A stretch of DNA of 63,718 bases, filler included, from Choristocarpus tenellus KU-1152 (Eukaryota > Protista > Phaeophyceae), in the NCBI GenBank assembly GCA_964200185.2. It is 8 parts of 8 records of this genome, joined end to end, with 100 filler letters (N's around TTAATTAATTAA, not from the genome) between each part and the next. Parts side by side here need not be neighbours in the genome. Positions count along the whole stretch, not along the records: positions 21,405 to 29,302 come from CAXNAD020005428.1; positions 29,403 to 33,916 come from CAXNAD020014209.1; positions 34,017 to 45,788 come from CAXNAD020002146.1; 5 more parts are not named here. The stretch is one strand, 5' to 3'. Made by a program: the position numbers and the translations under genes. How positions within the stretch are numbered: position 1 is the first letter of the stretch; every line of letters starts with the position of its first letter. The notes under the pieces were generated by a model that ran no database searches, was not told where the DNA came from, and saw only the letters and a program-made list of their open reading frames with translations. Below are positions 27,495 to 40,379 of this stretch, one piece after another.

Positions 27495-28361
27495 ATGGAT
27501 ACCAAGGAAGACGAAGATGGCTCAGAACTATCTGGCGACTTGACATCGCCGATCAACACTTTGTTTGAAGTCACGTTCCCGCCTTCAGGACCTCTTTCAA
27601 TTACCTTTGAATGGTCCGTCGACCCGATCTTTCGTTCTCCGGACCTCCACATTTCTCCACCAAACTTGGACATAGATTCCAGAATTGCGGGTAGGGTTGA
27701 TGACTGCAATGATATCACGTCGATGTCAATCATGCAGTCACCTTCAATCCGATCTACGGTGGCATCATTGTATGCTCTTCGAATCAAAAGCTTTCCTGTA
27801 GTTCCGGGTTTAGAAGGAATAACTGGACCGACCGCCGGCAAGGATGTCCTGCGCCCTGGAGATATCCTTGCTGCGGTCAACGGCGTCCCTGTGGCAGGCC
27901 CAGAAACTGAGGGTCTTGGGCTGGACACAGTGGTACAGCTGCTGTCCCAGGCTGAGGGCCAAGGGGTGAGAGTCCTCTCCTTCCGTAGGGGAAAGGAGAT
28001 TATGGCTAATAGGCCGAGTGTGCTGTCACCTCAAGAATCTGAAGAGGGTCCAACGCCAACAAGACCTTCACATACTGACTGGTTTGAGAAGGGAGGGAGT
28101 GTGGAATCCCAAACGCCACCTACTCCACACGAGATAGAGAAAGAATCGAGTGTGGATTCATGGGCCACAAGGCCTTCCAAATCAACACAGTTGAGTGAAA
28201 CCTCACAATCAATAGGACGTGGTCGTTCAGTGAGAGGGGGGCACAGGAAAAGGAGTTGCAGGTTTCAGGGGGACAAGGTGTCCCTACCAGCCTTGATAGA
28301 GACAGTCTCACTTTCACTCAACAATGGATGGTCCGCAAAACATGGACAAAGACCGAAGTAA
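27495..28361 (+). CDS. PDZ-like domain protein (first exon or ORF; 3' structure unresolved)
   Basis: 288-aa ORF with FEVTFPPSGPLSITF..LRPGDILAAVNGVPV..LDTVVQLL..VRVLSFRR, followed by a Ser/Thr/Pro-rich tail. Confidence 0.7.
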   Translation: MDTKEDEDGSELSGDLTSPINTLFEVTFPPSGPLSITFEWSVDPIFRSPDLHISPPNLDIDSRIAGRVDDCNDITSMSIMQSPSIRSTVASLYALRIKSFPVVPGLEGITGPTAGKDVLRPGDILAAVNGVPVAGPETEGLGLDTVVQLLSQAEGQGVRVLSFRRGKEIMANRPSVLSPQESEEGPTPTRPSHTDWFEKGGSVESQTPPTPHEIEKESSVDSWATRPSKSTQLSETSQSIGRGRSVRGGHRKRSCRFQGDKVSLPALIETVSLSLNNGWSAKHGQRPK

Positions 28362-29216
28362 GTTATAGCGTATCGTAGGTTTAGGGATGTGGGTGGAGTT
28401 TCAGGCGTGTGCATGTCCTTTGGGGCGGGGTGGATTACCACAGATTGACGAAGAATCTATGGCATAGTATAAGGCTCATATTGTACAAGAATATACATAT
28501 ATGTAAGCCTCACATTCCACATGAAAACTGAAAGTGAGAGCTCGTACTGGATAGATTTTTGCCGTTGATTGGTGTATAGATGCCAAAAACTCCCTCTGAG
28601 CATCTGGAAGATCGAAGCAGAGCGTCAACATGACGCATTCAAAGTAAGAACGTTGCGTAGGAGTTTTGGGGGGGGGAATGTAGGGTTACATCATTTATTA
28701 TTTTACACTAAATGCTGTATTACGATTGAAATCATATTGATAACAATGATAGAACAAAGGGTATGCACATTGCATTTCCCTGTGTGGTATGGTGGTCTCA
28801 TATTTGAAACAACGATGAGATATTTGATCCAAGATAAATTCCGCTAGACCGTTTTTTACCACTAAATGTTGTATCATTGTTTTCCAGAAGCAACCTGCTT
28901 AAGCCTTGTGGTTGGTACTTCTTCTTGACTTTGAGGCTGGTTAAGCAGTTAAGCTCCGTTGTTTCTCCAGGATCTTTGCTCGCGATGCATCGTAGATCAG
29001 TGGGAAGAAAGATTATTTGGTTGCTTCAGTTCCCATCATTTTTTGGCGCAATTACTGCCCTTGTATATATTTTCATCGAATTTTTCTCAGTTTGAGTATT
29101 CCACTTCAAAATAGTGAGCACTAGTAGTATTTATCTGAGGTACCTTAAAATAATCAGCTCCATATATAGCTGATGGAGTAAAAAATATGAGCTCTGCGCA
29201 GCTGATGGATAGATCC

Positions 29217-29302
29217 GGGTCAAAGTATCTGGGGGGGGGGGGGTGGATTCGTATGGGACGACGATATCGTTCCACCGGCCTTTTTTCCTTCCATTTTCAA
29301 TT
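29217..29302 (+). mobile_element. Terminus of a Sola-like element, truncated by linker
   Basis: GGGTCAAAGTATCTGGGGG matches the terminal consensus of the TSD-flanked MITEs in this window. Confidence 0.65.
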
Positions 29303-29402
29303 NNNNNNNNNNNNNNNNNNNNNNNNNNNNNNNNNNNNNNNNNNNNTTAATTAATTAANNNNNNNNNNNNNNNNNNNNNNNNNNNNNNNNNNNNNNNNNN
29401 NN

Positions 29403-32400
29403 AGGATTTCTGCAAAGAGGCAATACTGGTGTATCCTGACGACCCTTCCAAGCGGGTAAGCAGGGCGCACTTCCTCCGATTGCTCAGAGAGGACAGGCCC
29501 AACATCAGGGTGAGGGTAGGAGGCGAGTTCATGAAATGTGACATATGTGTCACGTTAAAAGAGAAGCGGCATGGTGCACCTGGTGTAAAACCCACGAACG
29601 ACTCCACCGTCCTCGAGTCCATCAATAAGGAGCTGTCAGACCATTGAGAGGTAGGTGTCCAGCGTTAATTTTGCGACAAGCGTACAGTGGCAACATGTCG
29701 CCGTCATTGCCCTCCATTGGGAAGAACATATGTTGCCTTTTGCGAGTGAAGACTCCCACGCAGATGCTGATGGCGGCAGCAGCAGCCTCACTCACCGCAA
29801 AAATGTTGTTATTATATGCCCAAACACCTTGTATGATAGACTGCTTCCTGGTCGTCCACAACGGGCTGTGGGAGGGACAGGTCATGTAGCGGTCTTCCGG
29901 CCCCGTACATACGTACTTCCTACCATCCCGATAATACTGTGTTTGTCTTGAATGTAGGAATAAAAAACATATCCAAAGACAAACATTTATTGTTACTACG
30001 ATCCATTTTTGTTACTACGATCCATTTTTGTTACTAACCTGATACGTGTTAACAAGTGGCCATTTTTTTACAACTCTGAGCAGATTTTTTGATTTACAGA
30101 CGTGATTTTGCTCTCCCCCATTCACCAGATTATCCAAGCGGATCGGCTGGTCATCGCCAACAACACCAGCAGCACCATGCGGGCCAAAGCCGACGGCAAA
30201 TCTCTCGGCTTCGTGTTCATGTCCGTAGATGCCGCGAACCAGACATCACACGCCCTCCCAGCACTTTACCCACATACCCACGGCAATGACAGGTAACCAC
30301 ATGCACGCATAGTCCATCTGTCAACAAGTTTGCAGCCGCAGGCGGAACAGAATAGACGACCCTGTTTTATTCTACGAATGAGTGCAAAGTCCCAAGAAAT
30401 AACCGCCAAAACAGACGCACATAATTCCACTACCTACTCCGTTCATCATGATGATGACGCACCGTAGAACCTTTCTTTACACGTTTCTTTGGTTCATGTC
30501 CTTCTTATCAGGGGTTACTCCGAGCGCTGGAAGATCATGGCCCTTCACGTCGAAGGCCAGTTCGCGGAGGTGTTCTTCATTCCTATCAATCTTGGAGGAG
30601 GTACGTATTGTGGGCCGTGGCAAACAACCACATGACTGAATAGATGCTGATTGCGCACGCACCACTTGATTTACCGTCGTGGCAAGTGGACCTGCCGTAG
30701 GTTAGATACGTGAGGACGAGTACATCCTTACACAATGTGCCTACAGATACCGCAGGCCTAGTGAACAGTCGATTAACTGAGGATGCGTTGTGCTCCCCTG
30801 CCCTCCTATTGAAGGGCGAAAGGAGCGTAAGAGCTAATCAACGAGGAGGAAAACCCACAGACATGTATATCAGCCATTCGGGTGTATGTGCTCTACATTG
30901 CAAAAACAAATTCCGTTACCCCTCTTTTTAGCTCCAATTAAACAATGCGTAAGTAAGCATGGTACTATTTGCCAACTAACGACGGACATCATCATTCGCG
31001 CTGGTTATAACCTTGTCTGCACAGCCACCCACCTTGCCCTCACAAGGCTTATCGACAAGTACCACAACAACCTCGATCACGTGGGGAGTTGCATCATCCA
31101 GCACGCGCATTGGCAGGTAAGAAAGTTTCGTCTTGACACGACCTACTCAACACATACTCGCTGAATACCAGTCACCAAGTAACTAACTGCACGGTCTTTA
31201 GTTTTGGTTTGTGTGTTGCAACCTGCACGTATGATGGCGGTGATGTAGAGCTTGCGCTCTAGCACTACTGGAAACATACCCTGTTCCTCCACCAAACTCG
31301 GCGAAATGGGTTGATATATCGGCCTCACGCCTATCCCTCCCTCGCTCCCAAATCCCCAAACTGACCAGGTCAACAACTGCATCTCAGAGAACAAGAACAA
31401 TTTATTTCTCGGATATGCGGGGCTGTTGGTCATGGCGAGTGTTATTCGTGTGGTCGAGAGGAGCCAACGTATCTTAGAGGGTAGAGCTGCGTCCATTTGG
31501 GGGTCAAAATACAATGTAGCGATTTCGATGTAATTTTGGCTATCACGTTTGTTAAGAAGTGTCAATATCCTTGTTCCGGACACACCTTTTCATAACGTGT
31601 ACATTTTACCTACTCCGATTCTTTTCGAGTAGGAAAACGTAATAAAAAACCCAAGGGAAGCCAAGCCCCAAATGGACAAACAGGGCAAAACTTGTACCCT
31701 CTAAGATACTTTCACTCAGATAAATTTTATGATGGTGGGGCACACACACATCAAAATCGATCAGATCTTCTCCAGGTAACTAGGCAAGATATACAAGTCC
31801 GATAGCCACATAGTGTTTTGATACAGACAGATACTGCCTTGAGGCTTGCAGTTCACGCTTGTTGCATCCATGGAAGGTTTATGGTCATACACTGTAATTG
31901 GTTGATTGTCTTTTGATTTTCCCACAACAAAATTGAACGATAAGAGCAGCTGCCAAAACTGTTTCGTAACCTAAACAAAACAATAAAAAAAAGTACGCAT
32001 AACCCCTTTTAATATTTATACTTCCATATACATGCATCGGAGCATGTGCCTGAATATATATTGCTTCTCCACTTCGTTTCTTTCGCCCCTGCCTCAAAAT
32101 TAACTTGCTTGCATTTCACCTTCAGGTTCTCACGTGGTATAAAAGGGAAGAACATATTCACAAGAACACAGCTGGGTGAAGAGCTGCAGGCCTCTTACAC
32201 GGAGGTTCCAGTCTACTGGAAGACCCTACGTAACGAGGGCAACTTTAAGGGACTCCTTCGCGGTCGCGTCAACCGTGTTCCCAATATCACGAGCTACAGG
32301 ACGTTTCGTGTTGAAAAAGGCGGTGATGGGCGGGTTAAGGTTAGCGTAAAGCAATACATGCATAGCACCGAATGGAGTGGGATAGGCGGAGACGTTGTTA

Positions 32401-33916
32401 TCGACCCCAGCGCCCCTCGGCACGACCTCTTCATCGGCCACTCGTCTCGTCTCCAAGATGCACCAACCTACCAGCTCAAGAGCCTTCCCGAAGACGTCAT
32501 CCTGAAGGTGGAGCAGCGGTACCAGGCGTCGCACGAGCGCCTCGCTGCCGCGTACCCACTGGGTAAGTCGATTTTTTCGTGAGGGAGTTGCTGGCCAATT
32601 TTTGTGTTCGGTGGCAGCCAAAAATATCTGGTGCAACTTCTGTACGAGGCAGCCTTTACAGCCTTTACAAAAACAATCTTGAAAAATATTTCATTCTCAT
32701 GCGTAGTGATCATCGCATGTCACAATAAAAAAAGTACTATAGATAACCCCTAATAAATGTTTTGAGGGTACCGGTCTTGTAGTCAACAGCGACGAATCCG
32801 ACGAAATCTACACCCTCCCTCTCACTGCATGCTCCCTGAGCGCATTCGTGCAACCTCACGCCTGGTTACAAAGTAACATTCATGCTTCCATACCGTTGAT
32901 GTTCTCGTGCTCATGGATTCCACCTTCGCAGACGATGAAGCCGATCAGAGAGCGAAACACGAGCAAAGCGAGTCAGTGCGGCTTCTCAAAAAGACAGGGG
33001 AACGAGAGTTCGACCTCCCAGTGCATTGGCTTCCCACCGATGACGATGGCGCTGGAACTGGTACCAGCGACGTCGAAGACACCGACGAAAGCGTTCGGGT
33101 GGAGGAGATAATCTCGTCAGCGGTGACAATGATCTCGGTGGGCTCGAGGAAACAGACTCTTCCTCATCGGACAGTGACACGGAAGTAGCTGGCTTGCGTC
33201 GACGGGGTTGGCCTCGTGCTACCTTGACATGGGTGAACAATGGAAACCTCATCTCCGTGCAGGAAGGCAGGTTTGCCTTTTTTGTGGCAACGGAGGCGCC
33301 GCTCTTGGTCAGCAAGATCCCAGCGGAGCACGTCGGCGAGGACGGCAAGCATGGGGTGGATCTTCACTGGCTTCGGTCGACCAGTGACCACACACGTGAC
33401 AATGCCACGTTTATGACCCTTGATAAGTACGGGAAAAGTAGTTTTGTCGAAGGCTACATACACGCTGGTGATAGATCCGTGCAAACTGGGAAACAGAAGC
33501 GGGTTAAAGACGTAAGCTGGGAACCCGTGGCGGGTATTGTTTGGACTTGCGAGAAACTTGTTGGGAACGGCAAAAAGATTCCTATCAAAGTCTTGACAGT
33601 TCTACGGTCTGCTATCGAGGCGAGGGAAAGGGGGGGTTTTGTGGGAGAAGGACGAAAGGCTAAATTCAAGGGATGAGGAAAGGAGAGGGGGGGAGAGAAT
33701 GGGGACAAAAATGAGGACAACACCGACGACGACAAGGAGGAGGATGAGGAGAAGATGAAGAGGAGGAGGAGGACGAGGAGCAGCAGAAGGAGGACGAGGA
33801 TGACGAGGACGATGAAGATAAGGAGAACATCGGTACGGGGGAGGGGAGGGGGGCGTCTGCCGGTGCAGGTGCATGTACGGGGGTGCCCTTGCAGACGTCC
33901 ATCCAAGGACGTATCC
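29403..33916 (+). pseudogene. Spliced Sola-like (DUF7869-type) DDD transposase pseudogene; exons about <29403-29650, 30129-30292, 30512-30600, 31004-31116, 31369-31775 (split by MITE), 32126-32562, about 32916 onward
   Basis: FMKCDIC..H zinc motif, MSVDAANQ (D1), GYNLVCT, WQ|VNNCISENKN (D2 position reads N) and FMMVGHTHIKIDQIFSRFS (D3), then a C-terminal domain and acidic tail. Disabled by an in-frame TGA at 29645, apparently mutated acceptors, a frameshift near 33190 and a MITE insertion. Confidence 0.8.
31461..31717 (+). mobile_element. MITE family A (Sola-like) inserted in the transposase exon
   Basis: TIRs GAGCCAACGTATCTTAGAGGGTA and TACCCTCTAAGATACTTTCACTC; flanks AGAG/AGAT (4-bp TSD, 1 mismatch). 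Removing it restores the frame VVE-INFMMVGHTH. Confidence 0.9.
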
Positions 33917-34016
33917 NNNNNNNNNNNNNNNNNNNNNNNNNNNNNNNNNNNNNNNNNNNNTTAATTAATTAANNNNNNNNNNNNNNNNNNNNNNNNNNNN
34001 NNNNNNNNNNNNNNNN

Positions 34017-34045
34017 CCGCCATCCCCCCCCAGGTACTTTGAGCC
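34017..34045 (+). mobile_element. Right terminus of a MITE family B-type element at a contig start
   Basis: CCGCCATCCCCCCCCAGGTACTTTGAGCC matches the right ends at 43880 and 61225. Confidence 0.7.
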
Positions 34046-34159
34046 GTACTCAAGACAGGTAGTGGCAAGGAACAAATATAAGTGGAGGGTTTAACCCAGC
34101 TCTGGGAATAGACGCATAGGTTTCAATCTCACAGAACGGAGGAGGATGGACAGAACGGA

Positions 34160-36790
34160 ATGGGCCCACATCGGGACGAGGTGGAGGTGATCGAGGATGG
34201 GAATGGTGGCCCACAAGATAGGTACGGGCAAGGGGGGAACACAAGCAGAGCACACCACTCCTCTTTGGGAGTAGGTAGGCACGTTTCATCTATGCAGGAT
34301 GGCGAAGAATGGACGGAAAACCGAGCAAGCACACAAGGGGATGGAGCCAGAGAGGTGGTAGAGGCACATGACGATGGTAGCAGGGAGGGGAACCAGCCCC
34401 TACACAGCTACGAGGAGGAGGAGGCAGGAGAGGCGGTGATAAGGGATATTACAGGGCTTCGAAGGCCAGCCTCCCCCACCAGGGACCCCAACCCACGCCC
34501 ATCCCAACAACCACGTCAGCTTACATCGGAACACTGTGCGACCTGTTTTTCCGAGATACAACAGCCAGTACTCCCTTTCTCCTGCACACACTCACTGGAT
34601 CTGGGCTGCACCTCGGCTCTATACCTCAGTTTGAATGGAAGGAATGCTTTCAATAGCGTACGTCGCTCAGCTTTCATCCAGAGACCCTACCAGGACTCCT
34701 ACCTTATGTCTCTAGGGTATAATATGGGAACACCAGAAATCTTCTTTTCCCCGTAGATAAGGGAGGGACGAAGATTCTACCATCGAGATCTGGGGCCCAA
34801 CAGGGAGACCCACTGGACTCCCTCTTATATTGCACGGCAATACACAAGACCTTGCAACAGGTCCAATCAGTCTTTGGTCCCCAAGGGATATCCTCCCAGA
34901 GCTATCTGGACGACACGTCCATATCCGCAAGGGGGATCGACCCTGCCACTATAGCTGCTTTCAAGCAGTAAAAAACTAACCTCCATGAGGTAGGCATTGA
35001 CCTAAACATGGACAAGACCTTTGCCGCACCTCCCCAGGGCCACCAACCCATGCCCTCAAAACTGGAGCTTCTCTCTACAGCGGGAATCAACCTAACCCCA
35101 AACCCCAATGCTTTTGTCACTCTAGGGGCTCTGGTGAGAACAGAGGGTTTTATTCAAGCTCACATGGCCGAGGTGATTGAGAGCTCTGAGACACGAGCTT
35201 TGGTCACACACCTCAACGAGATGGAGGACAAGCAGGCGGCCTGGCTCCTCAACTCTTGGTTCCTCTCCTCCCGGCTAGGCTACCTAGTGAGGGTCACTCC
35301 CCCCCTCCTGGCACGCTCCACCATGGAGCGAGCAGATAACACCTCCTTATGGACACTAGAGAGGGTAATGGAGGTAGCTGACTCGACAGAGGCGATGGAT
35401 TTCTTCGAGGGAGGGTGTAACATTGGGTCTCTTCACCTAGAGACCCACCAACAAGTACAGGCACGGATGCCTACAAATGCGGGGGGTCTAGGCCTCTCCT
35501 CTATGAAACACCGCCAACATGCAGCTTTCTTAGGATCACTGGTAGCTACTCTCCTTACCCTCCTCGCAAGGCAGCAAGGGCCTCATGGTCAGTCCTTCTC
35601 GCAAGCTATCTGCACGAGCCCCACCATTCAGGTCTTTGGAACATCCATTCACTCCCTCCTAGCCACAGATGTCCCCCCAGAAGACCTTGCCGATATCATT
35701 GACCAAGACTGGGTAACCTGGGGGGGAACAACATCACCTGCACTTGCCCCAGAGGTACATATCCTAGCTGCCCATTACGCCAGGATCACAAGGAGGGCTC
35801 AACACGAGATCACACGCCTCCTCAACAAGGTCCGTTTTGACTCCTTCATGACACAACTGGCCGGCCTCCCAAACGAAGCACACTAAGGGAGGGAAAGATC
35901 CTCATTGGCCCTAGCGCGCCACCGGAGCCAGTGTGGACAAGGGCCAAACGCGTGGGCCTCGACTCAACCTCCGGAACAGGCATGCCAAATCCCCCCTCTA
36001 GAATTTAAGCTCACAGTCAGCAGATCCCTAGGGGGGGAGGGGGCCCTATCCAACAGGTGTCCAGTGGCAGGGTGCAGGAGGCAAAACGTTGACACCAGAC
36101 ATGCCCGTACCTGCTCCAGGGCAGGGGAACAAGTACGATAGCACACTCCAAAGGTGAAATACCTGCACCAACTATGCAAGGGGATGGGCATCCCCCTTAC
36201 ACTACGGAGGATGGTAGCCCTTTCACAGTGGACAGGAATCTCCACATGTATCTGGTGTTGTTTCACGCAGGGGCACTAGTGTACGCCGGAACAGCTCCCT
36301 ACAGCGACAAAGGTCTGCTGCTAGACGCCACCTTCGCAGAGGTACAGGCAACCTCTCGCATAACCCACTCATCCACCAGCAATGGTGTAGCTGCTGCTGC
36401 AGCCAAGATGCAAAAGTGCACCCACTACGAGGGCTCCCCTTTAATCCCCGTAGTTATAACCTCAACACCTTCGTGGTGGAAAGTTTTGGACACCTCAACA
36501 CGCAAGCGGAATGCTTCCTGGATGAGCTGGCCACTCACATGGTGGGGGGGAGAGGAACTAGAGGATTTAGCAGAAATGGAGTAGTCAAATCCCAGCTACG
36601 CCAAATTGTTTCGGTGACTACACAAGTGGCACTGTCTAGAAGTGTCATGCGTTTTAAGCCAGAGTCACCCGGGAGATGGGCACGGAGGGGTTGATTGGAT
36701 TCTTGGGATGCCTCCCTAGCTCCTCCCCCCGAGGTCCAGGAGTAGGTAGATTCGAGGCACGGGAAGGCAGTAGTACAACATTGATAGTGG
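34160..36790 (+). mobile_element. Non-LTR retrotransposon with RT and restriction-like endonuclease (CRE-like), frameshifted
   Basis: RT motifs LSLNGRNAFNSVRR, GAQQGDPL, SYLDD and QARMPTNAGGLGL; CCHC knuckle CPVAGC..HARTC; RLE motifs LLLDATF, AAAAAKMQK..HY and FVVESFG. Several stops and frameshifts. Confidence 0.88.
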
Positions 36791-36929
36791 TGAAGAAACA
36801 AATAGATCAGTGTTTTTCACATTTATGATATTTTATTTCTTTAGGGCTTATACTGACATATGTATAGTTTTCATTTGTTTCTCCCTTGACACATCTGCAA
36901 AATGTCAGAGGGCATAATAATAAAATATA

Positions 36930-39192
36930 CACTCAATTTACCTGTATAAGAGAAGGTAAGGGCAAACCCCTCTCTTATATCCCGATCCTCTCTTATTGTA
37001 TATAAGAGCGTTTTTCTCTTAAGTCGAGGGATCTGGATGTACTATCTCATTAGTTACATCACATGGACTCAATTCAATACAACAATCTCATATACACAAA
37101 ATAAGGTACACCTCACTATTGTCCTATTTTGCACAGTTGTAAGAGAAACCAATTTTATATTGAGCAAAAGTGGTTATAGGCACTTTGTACTTTTCCCCGA
37201 ACAACAACAGAGCAACGTCCTTGCTGTGTGTGCTTCCCATATATCTTCAAGAGTAGTTACATGTGGATATATATTGAACATTGCCCTCGTGAGCCCATTT
37301 CGATGGACCTATGGTGGTGCAGCAAGCACCACATCATCTACACCACCCCTCCACAGTATACTAGTGTCATACGTATAACCGTACTCTAACTTGGGTAAAA
37401 TTGCACTCATTACGATGAATTCACTCAAATGTATAGTACACCTTCCCAAGAAAAGCATCTGCAAGCCATTGGATGGCTGGACAGACAACTGGCAGTTCAA
37501 ATCAAACCAAAGTTCAAAGCCAATCTCCTTCCAATGCCCTGCCCTATGTATTCAATTGCTCTCTGCAAGGATATTATTCAGTACAGTATCAAAAACACCA
37601 CCATGGATCAAATGTAGCTGCACGGTCATGCACCTCCCATTGCACGCACTGGGTAAAACAACTTATTCGCTGATAAAAAAATCGTGACTGCCAATAAAAT
37701 CTCGAATGTCCGCTTGTTTGATTGCCCTTGTCCTGATTGTGCTGAGTCAAGCCAGCTTTTCTTTCTGGAGATGGTATGAAACATAGTTCATGCTGCACTC
37801 TTCGACAGTTGTTTCTAAGCTTGCAAACTTGTCAGCTACTTGAGAGTACAACGGTGTAGGAATCAAGAACACCGAAGAGGCAGCTCCTTCCTCACGGCTC
37901 CCGATGCGCTACCCTCTCCCATAAACCCATCGTCATCCTCGTCACCAGAGCTTTCATTCTCTGACTGGTACAAGGATTTCTCGAGCAGCTGGTCTTTCAT
38001 ATCCTCTAGTAGCGCATTGGCCACTTCATCATTGTCTTTCACACCGATCCACACTCTTGCTGCGTTGATGGAAGCCTGAGACAGTTTTCCGCCAGGTTTG
38101 AGGTGCAGAGCGTCAAGAGCATTAGAGATCCTAATTAATATATAGGGACACCTTGTACGAGCAAAATGGCCACTCATGATACTACAGTACACAGTAAAGA
38201 TATTACAGTGCAACAGAAACGCGTGCAAAATTTCAAAAAATTCAATCATGACACTCATCAAGCAGACAGTGTAGAAAGATGATTCAATCACGATCACAAT
38301 CAACCTAATTTCAGACTTTCAATCCACGTGCCGACGCACCTCGACATGCTTCGCACCCCTCGCAGACTTGGCGTCAGGCTTCAGTGTCTGCACTTTCTCC
38401 ATGATGGTTGTTGCCTCCTTCAAATTTTAGAGGGTGCTGTGATCGATTCCAAACTTTTGAGCAATCGCAGTTCCTGTCAAGGTCTTCAGGAGTCTCAACG
38501 CTTCCACCTTCTCTGCAAAGCTCAAATATTTACGATTATCGGCACCGTAAGGCTTGTAGGGAAAGAAATTCTCCATATATATATTTGGCAGCACCGTCCC
38601 CTTGCCCTTGTTCTTATTATCATGGCGCTTCAACGCCGTGTTGTCACCAGCTGGAGGCCTCAATGCCTTGCGCTTGGTGGGGCTCACGCACAATTTCCAC
38701 ACGCGTTTCATTTCGCTGGAGCCAAATTGGATCCACGACGCCGCAAATGCCCTGAAGATAGCCGCGACAAACGCGACACTTATGTTATTTATAGTGTGGC
38801 GGACCAGGAGTATTACTCTTTATGTTGCAGCTGGATCCTACTGCGCAGGACATCGTTATATCTGTAGAATGTAGTGATCTCAACTTGATGTGACATATTG
38901 TACGTACCGTACTGTACAGTATTAAAAGACAAGAGACTGCTATGCTTTGTGCTGCTGGTCTCGAGGAGCTTTGTGCCTTTGTTGTATTTTGGCTAACTTT
39001 AGATATAGACTTTTGAGAAACCCCTTGATCAAGTAGTGCAAAAAAAGTGGGAGTTTGCTCGATGTAAGAGATAATTGGCAGGAAAATGCCGAAACCTCTT
39101 TTATAGCCTGAAAGGTCATGATAAGGCAATTCACCCTCTCTTATATCCCGTTTTCTCTTATATCGACCTCTCTTATATAGGTACACCGACTG
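36930..39192 (-). mobile_element. pogo/Tigger-like DNA transposon, internally deleted
   Basis: TA-flanked degenerate TIRs (CACTCAATTTACCTGTATAAGAGA versus CAGTCGGTGTACCTATATAAGAGA) and CTCTCTTATAT subterminal repeats at both ends. Minus strand encodes an HTH_psq-like RKYLSFAEKVEALRLL..IAQKFGIDHSTL (38711-38427) and an acidic C-terminal segment (about 38075-37863). No DDE core seen. Confidence 0.75.
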
Positions 39193-39329
39193 TAACTGTT
39201 GTCGATCCTAAGACACACATCTCTAAGTAATAGTGACTAAATTAAAAACTATAAATATAACGTCCCCTTTCAAAGGTTGTTCAGTAGTAGGTAATGTGTA
39301 CATTGGTATGTTTCGAACCTAGGTTAGCC

Positions 39330-39715
39330 CGAAGAGCTAGGTAAGCATCCCAAGAATCTGTCAGACCCCTTCTTGCCCACTTACCCGGTGTCTTTAGCTT
39401 GAAGCACATGACATATCTCGAGAGAGTCACTTGTGCAGTAACAGACACTTTCTGTTTCAAACAGGATTCAACAGCATCGTCCATACGTTAACCCCCAGCC
39501 CCTCTCCCCCCTGCCACATAAATGGCAAACTCATCCACGTAGCTCTCTTCTTCCTCGCCAAAGCACCCAAAACTTTCCACTACAAAGGTGATGAGATTAA
39601 AACTACAAGGGTAAAAAGATCCCCTGTAGTGGGTGTGTTTTCATGCCTCAGCTGCAGTAACAGTTACACCATTGTTGGTGGATGAATTGCATTAAGTGAC
39701 AGGCTGCTTGAACCT
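39330..39715 (-). mobile_element. 3' fragment of the CRE-like LINE
   Basis: Translates to VSVTAQVTLSRYVMCFKLKTPGKWARRG, homologous to VSVTTQVALSRSVMRFKPESPGRWARRG at 36600-36694. Confidence 0.8.
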
Positions 39716-39759
39716 CTTGAAAAGCAACACCCGGAAGGAGGCCTTCTTCCCACTTGGGA

Positions 39760-39813
39760 GCTCAGAAAGTTATGGCACGACAAAGTAGATGCAGGAGGCG
39801 ACTGCCAACACTA
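39760..39813 (-). mobile_element. Isolated terminus of the CAGTGTTGGCAGTCGCC element family
   Basis: Near-identical reverse complement of 62408-62460. Confidence 0.75.
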
Positions 39814-40379
39814 TAGGACATTAGGGAGTAGAATTGGGAGGGCTCGTTCATAGAAATCAAAGAGTTGATCTTCGCCTATGTATCTCCAAAAGAGAGGAGC
39901 TTCACAAATATGAGGCACCCACGAGTCCACAGTATATGCTCGATAGTCCAAAACCAGGCGATTGGCCTCAGCCTTTCATGTTTCATCTTTCTCTGTCTTC
40001 AAATGACTCATGACGGCCTTGACTACATTTTTCGACTGGCCATAAGAAAGGGTGAATTCTCTCACCAAAATACAGACCCACTCAATTGCTGTTATGTCAC
40101 CTCGAGGAACCTGTAAGAGCTGCCTTGTGGTGCTCAGGACCTTGATTATAGAAGAGTCGCTTAGAAGATCGCTGTGTGTCCTAAGAGAGTCAGACAAGAA
40201 TTGTTTTTGAGGAGCTCGATATGGAAAGATATTAGGTTATCACTGTGTGTGGAAGAGATGTAACATAGCAGTCCAAGACCACCCGTTTCTGATCATAGGT
40301 GTATGGTGTCTCCTTTGGATCCACAGAGGCCATCATGCCAGTCCTTTCCCTCAGGTCGGAAGGGGAAGAATATAAGAGC

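Noticed and set aside
33454-33964. Poly-Ser, poly-Leu and Arg-rich ORFs, and a DVCKGTP word resembling DACKGTP near 57150
   Set aside because: Shadow frames of the GAG/GAC-rich acidic tail; the short match is on the non-coding strand and probably chance.
29217-34045. Inverted termini apparently bracketing the transposase as one complete element
   Set aside because: The two ends are on different contigs separated by artificial linkers, and their flanks (ATCC versus GTAC) do not form a TSD.
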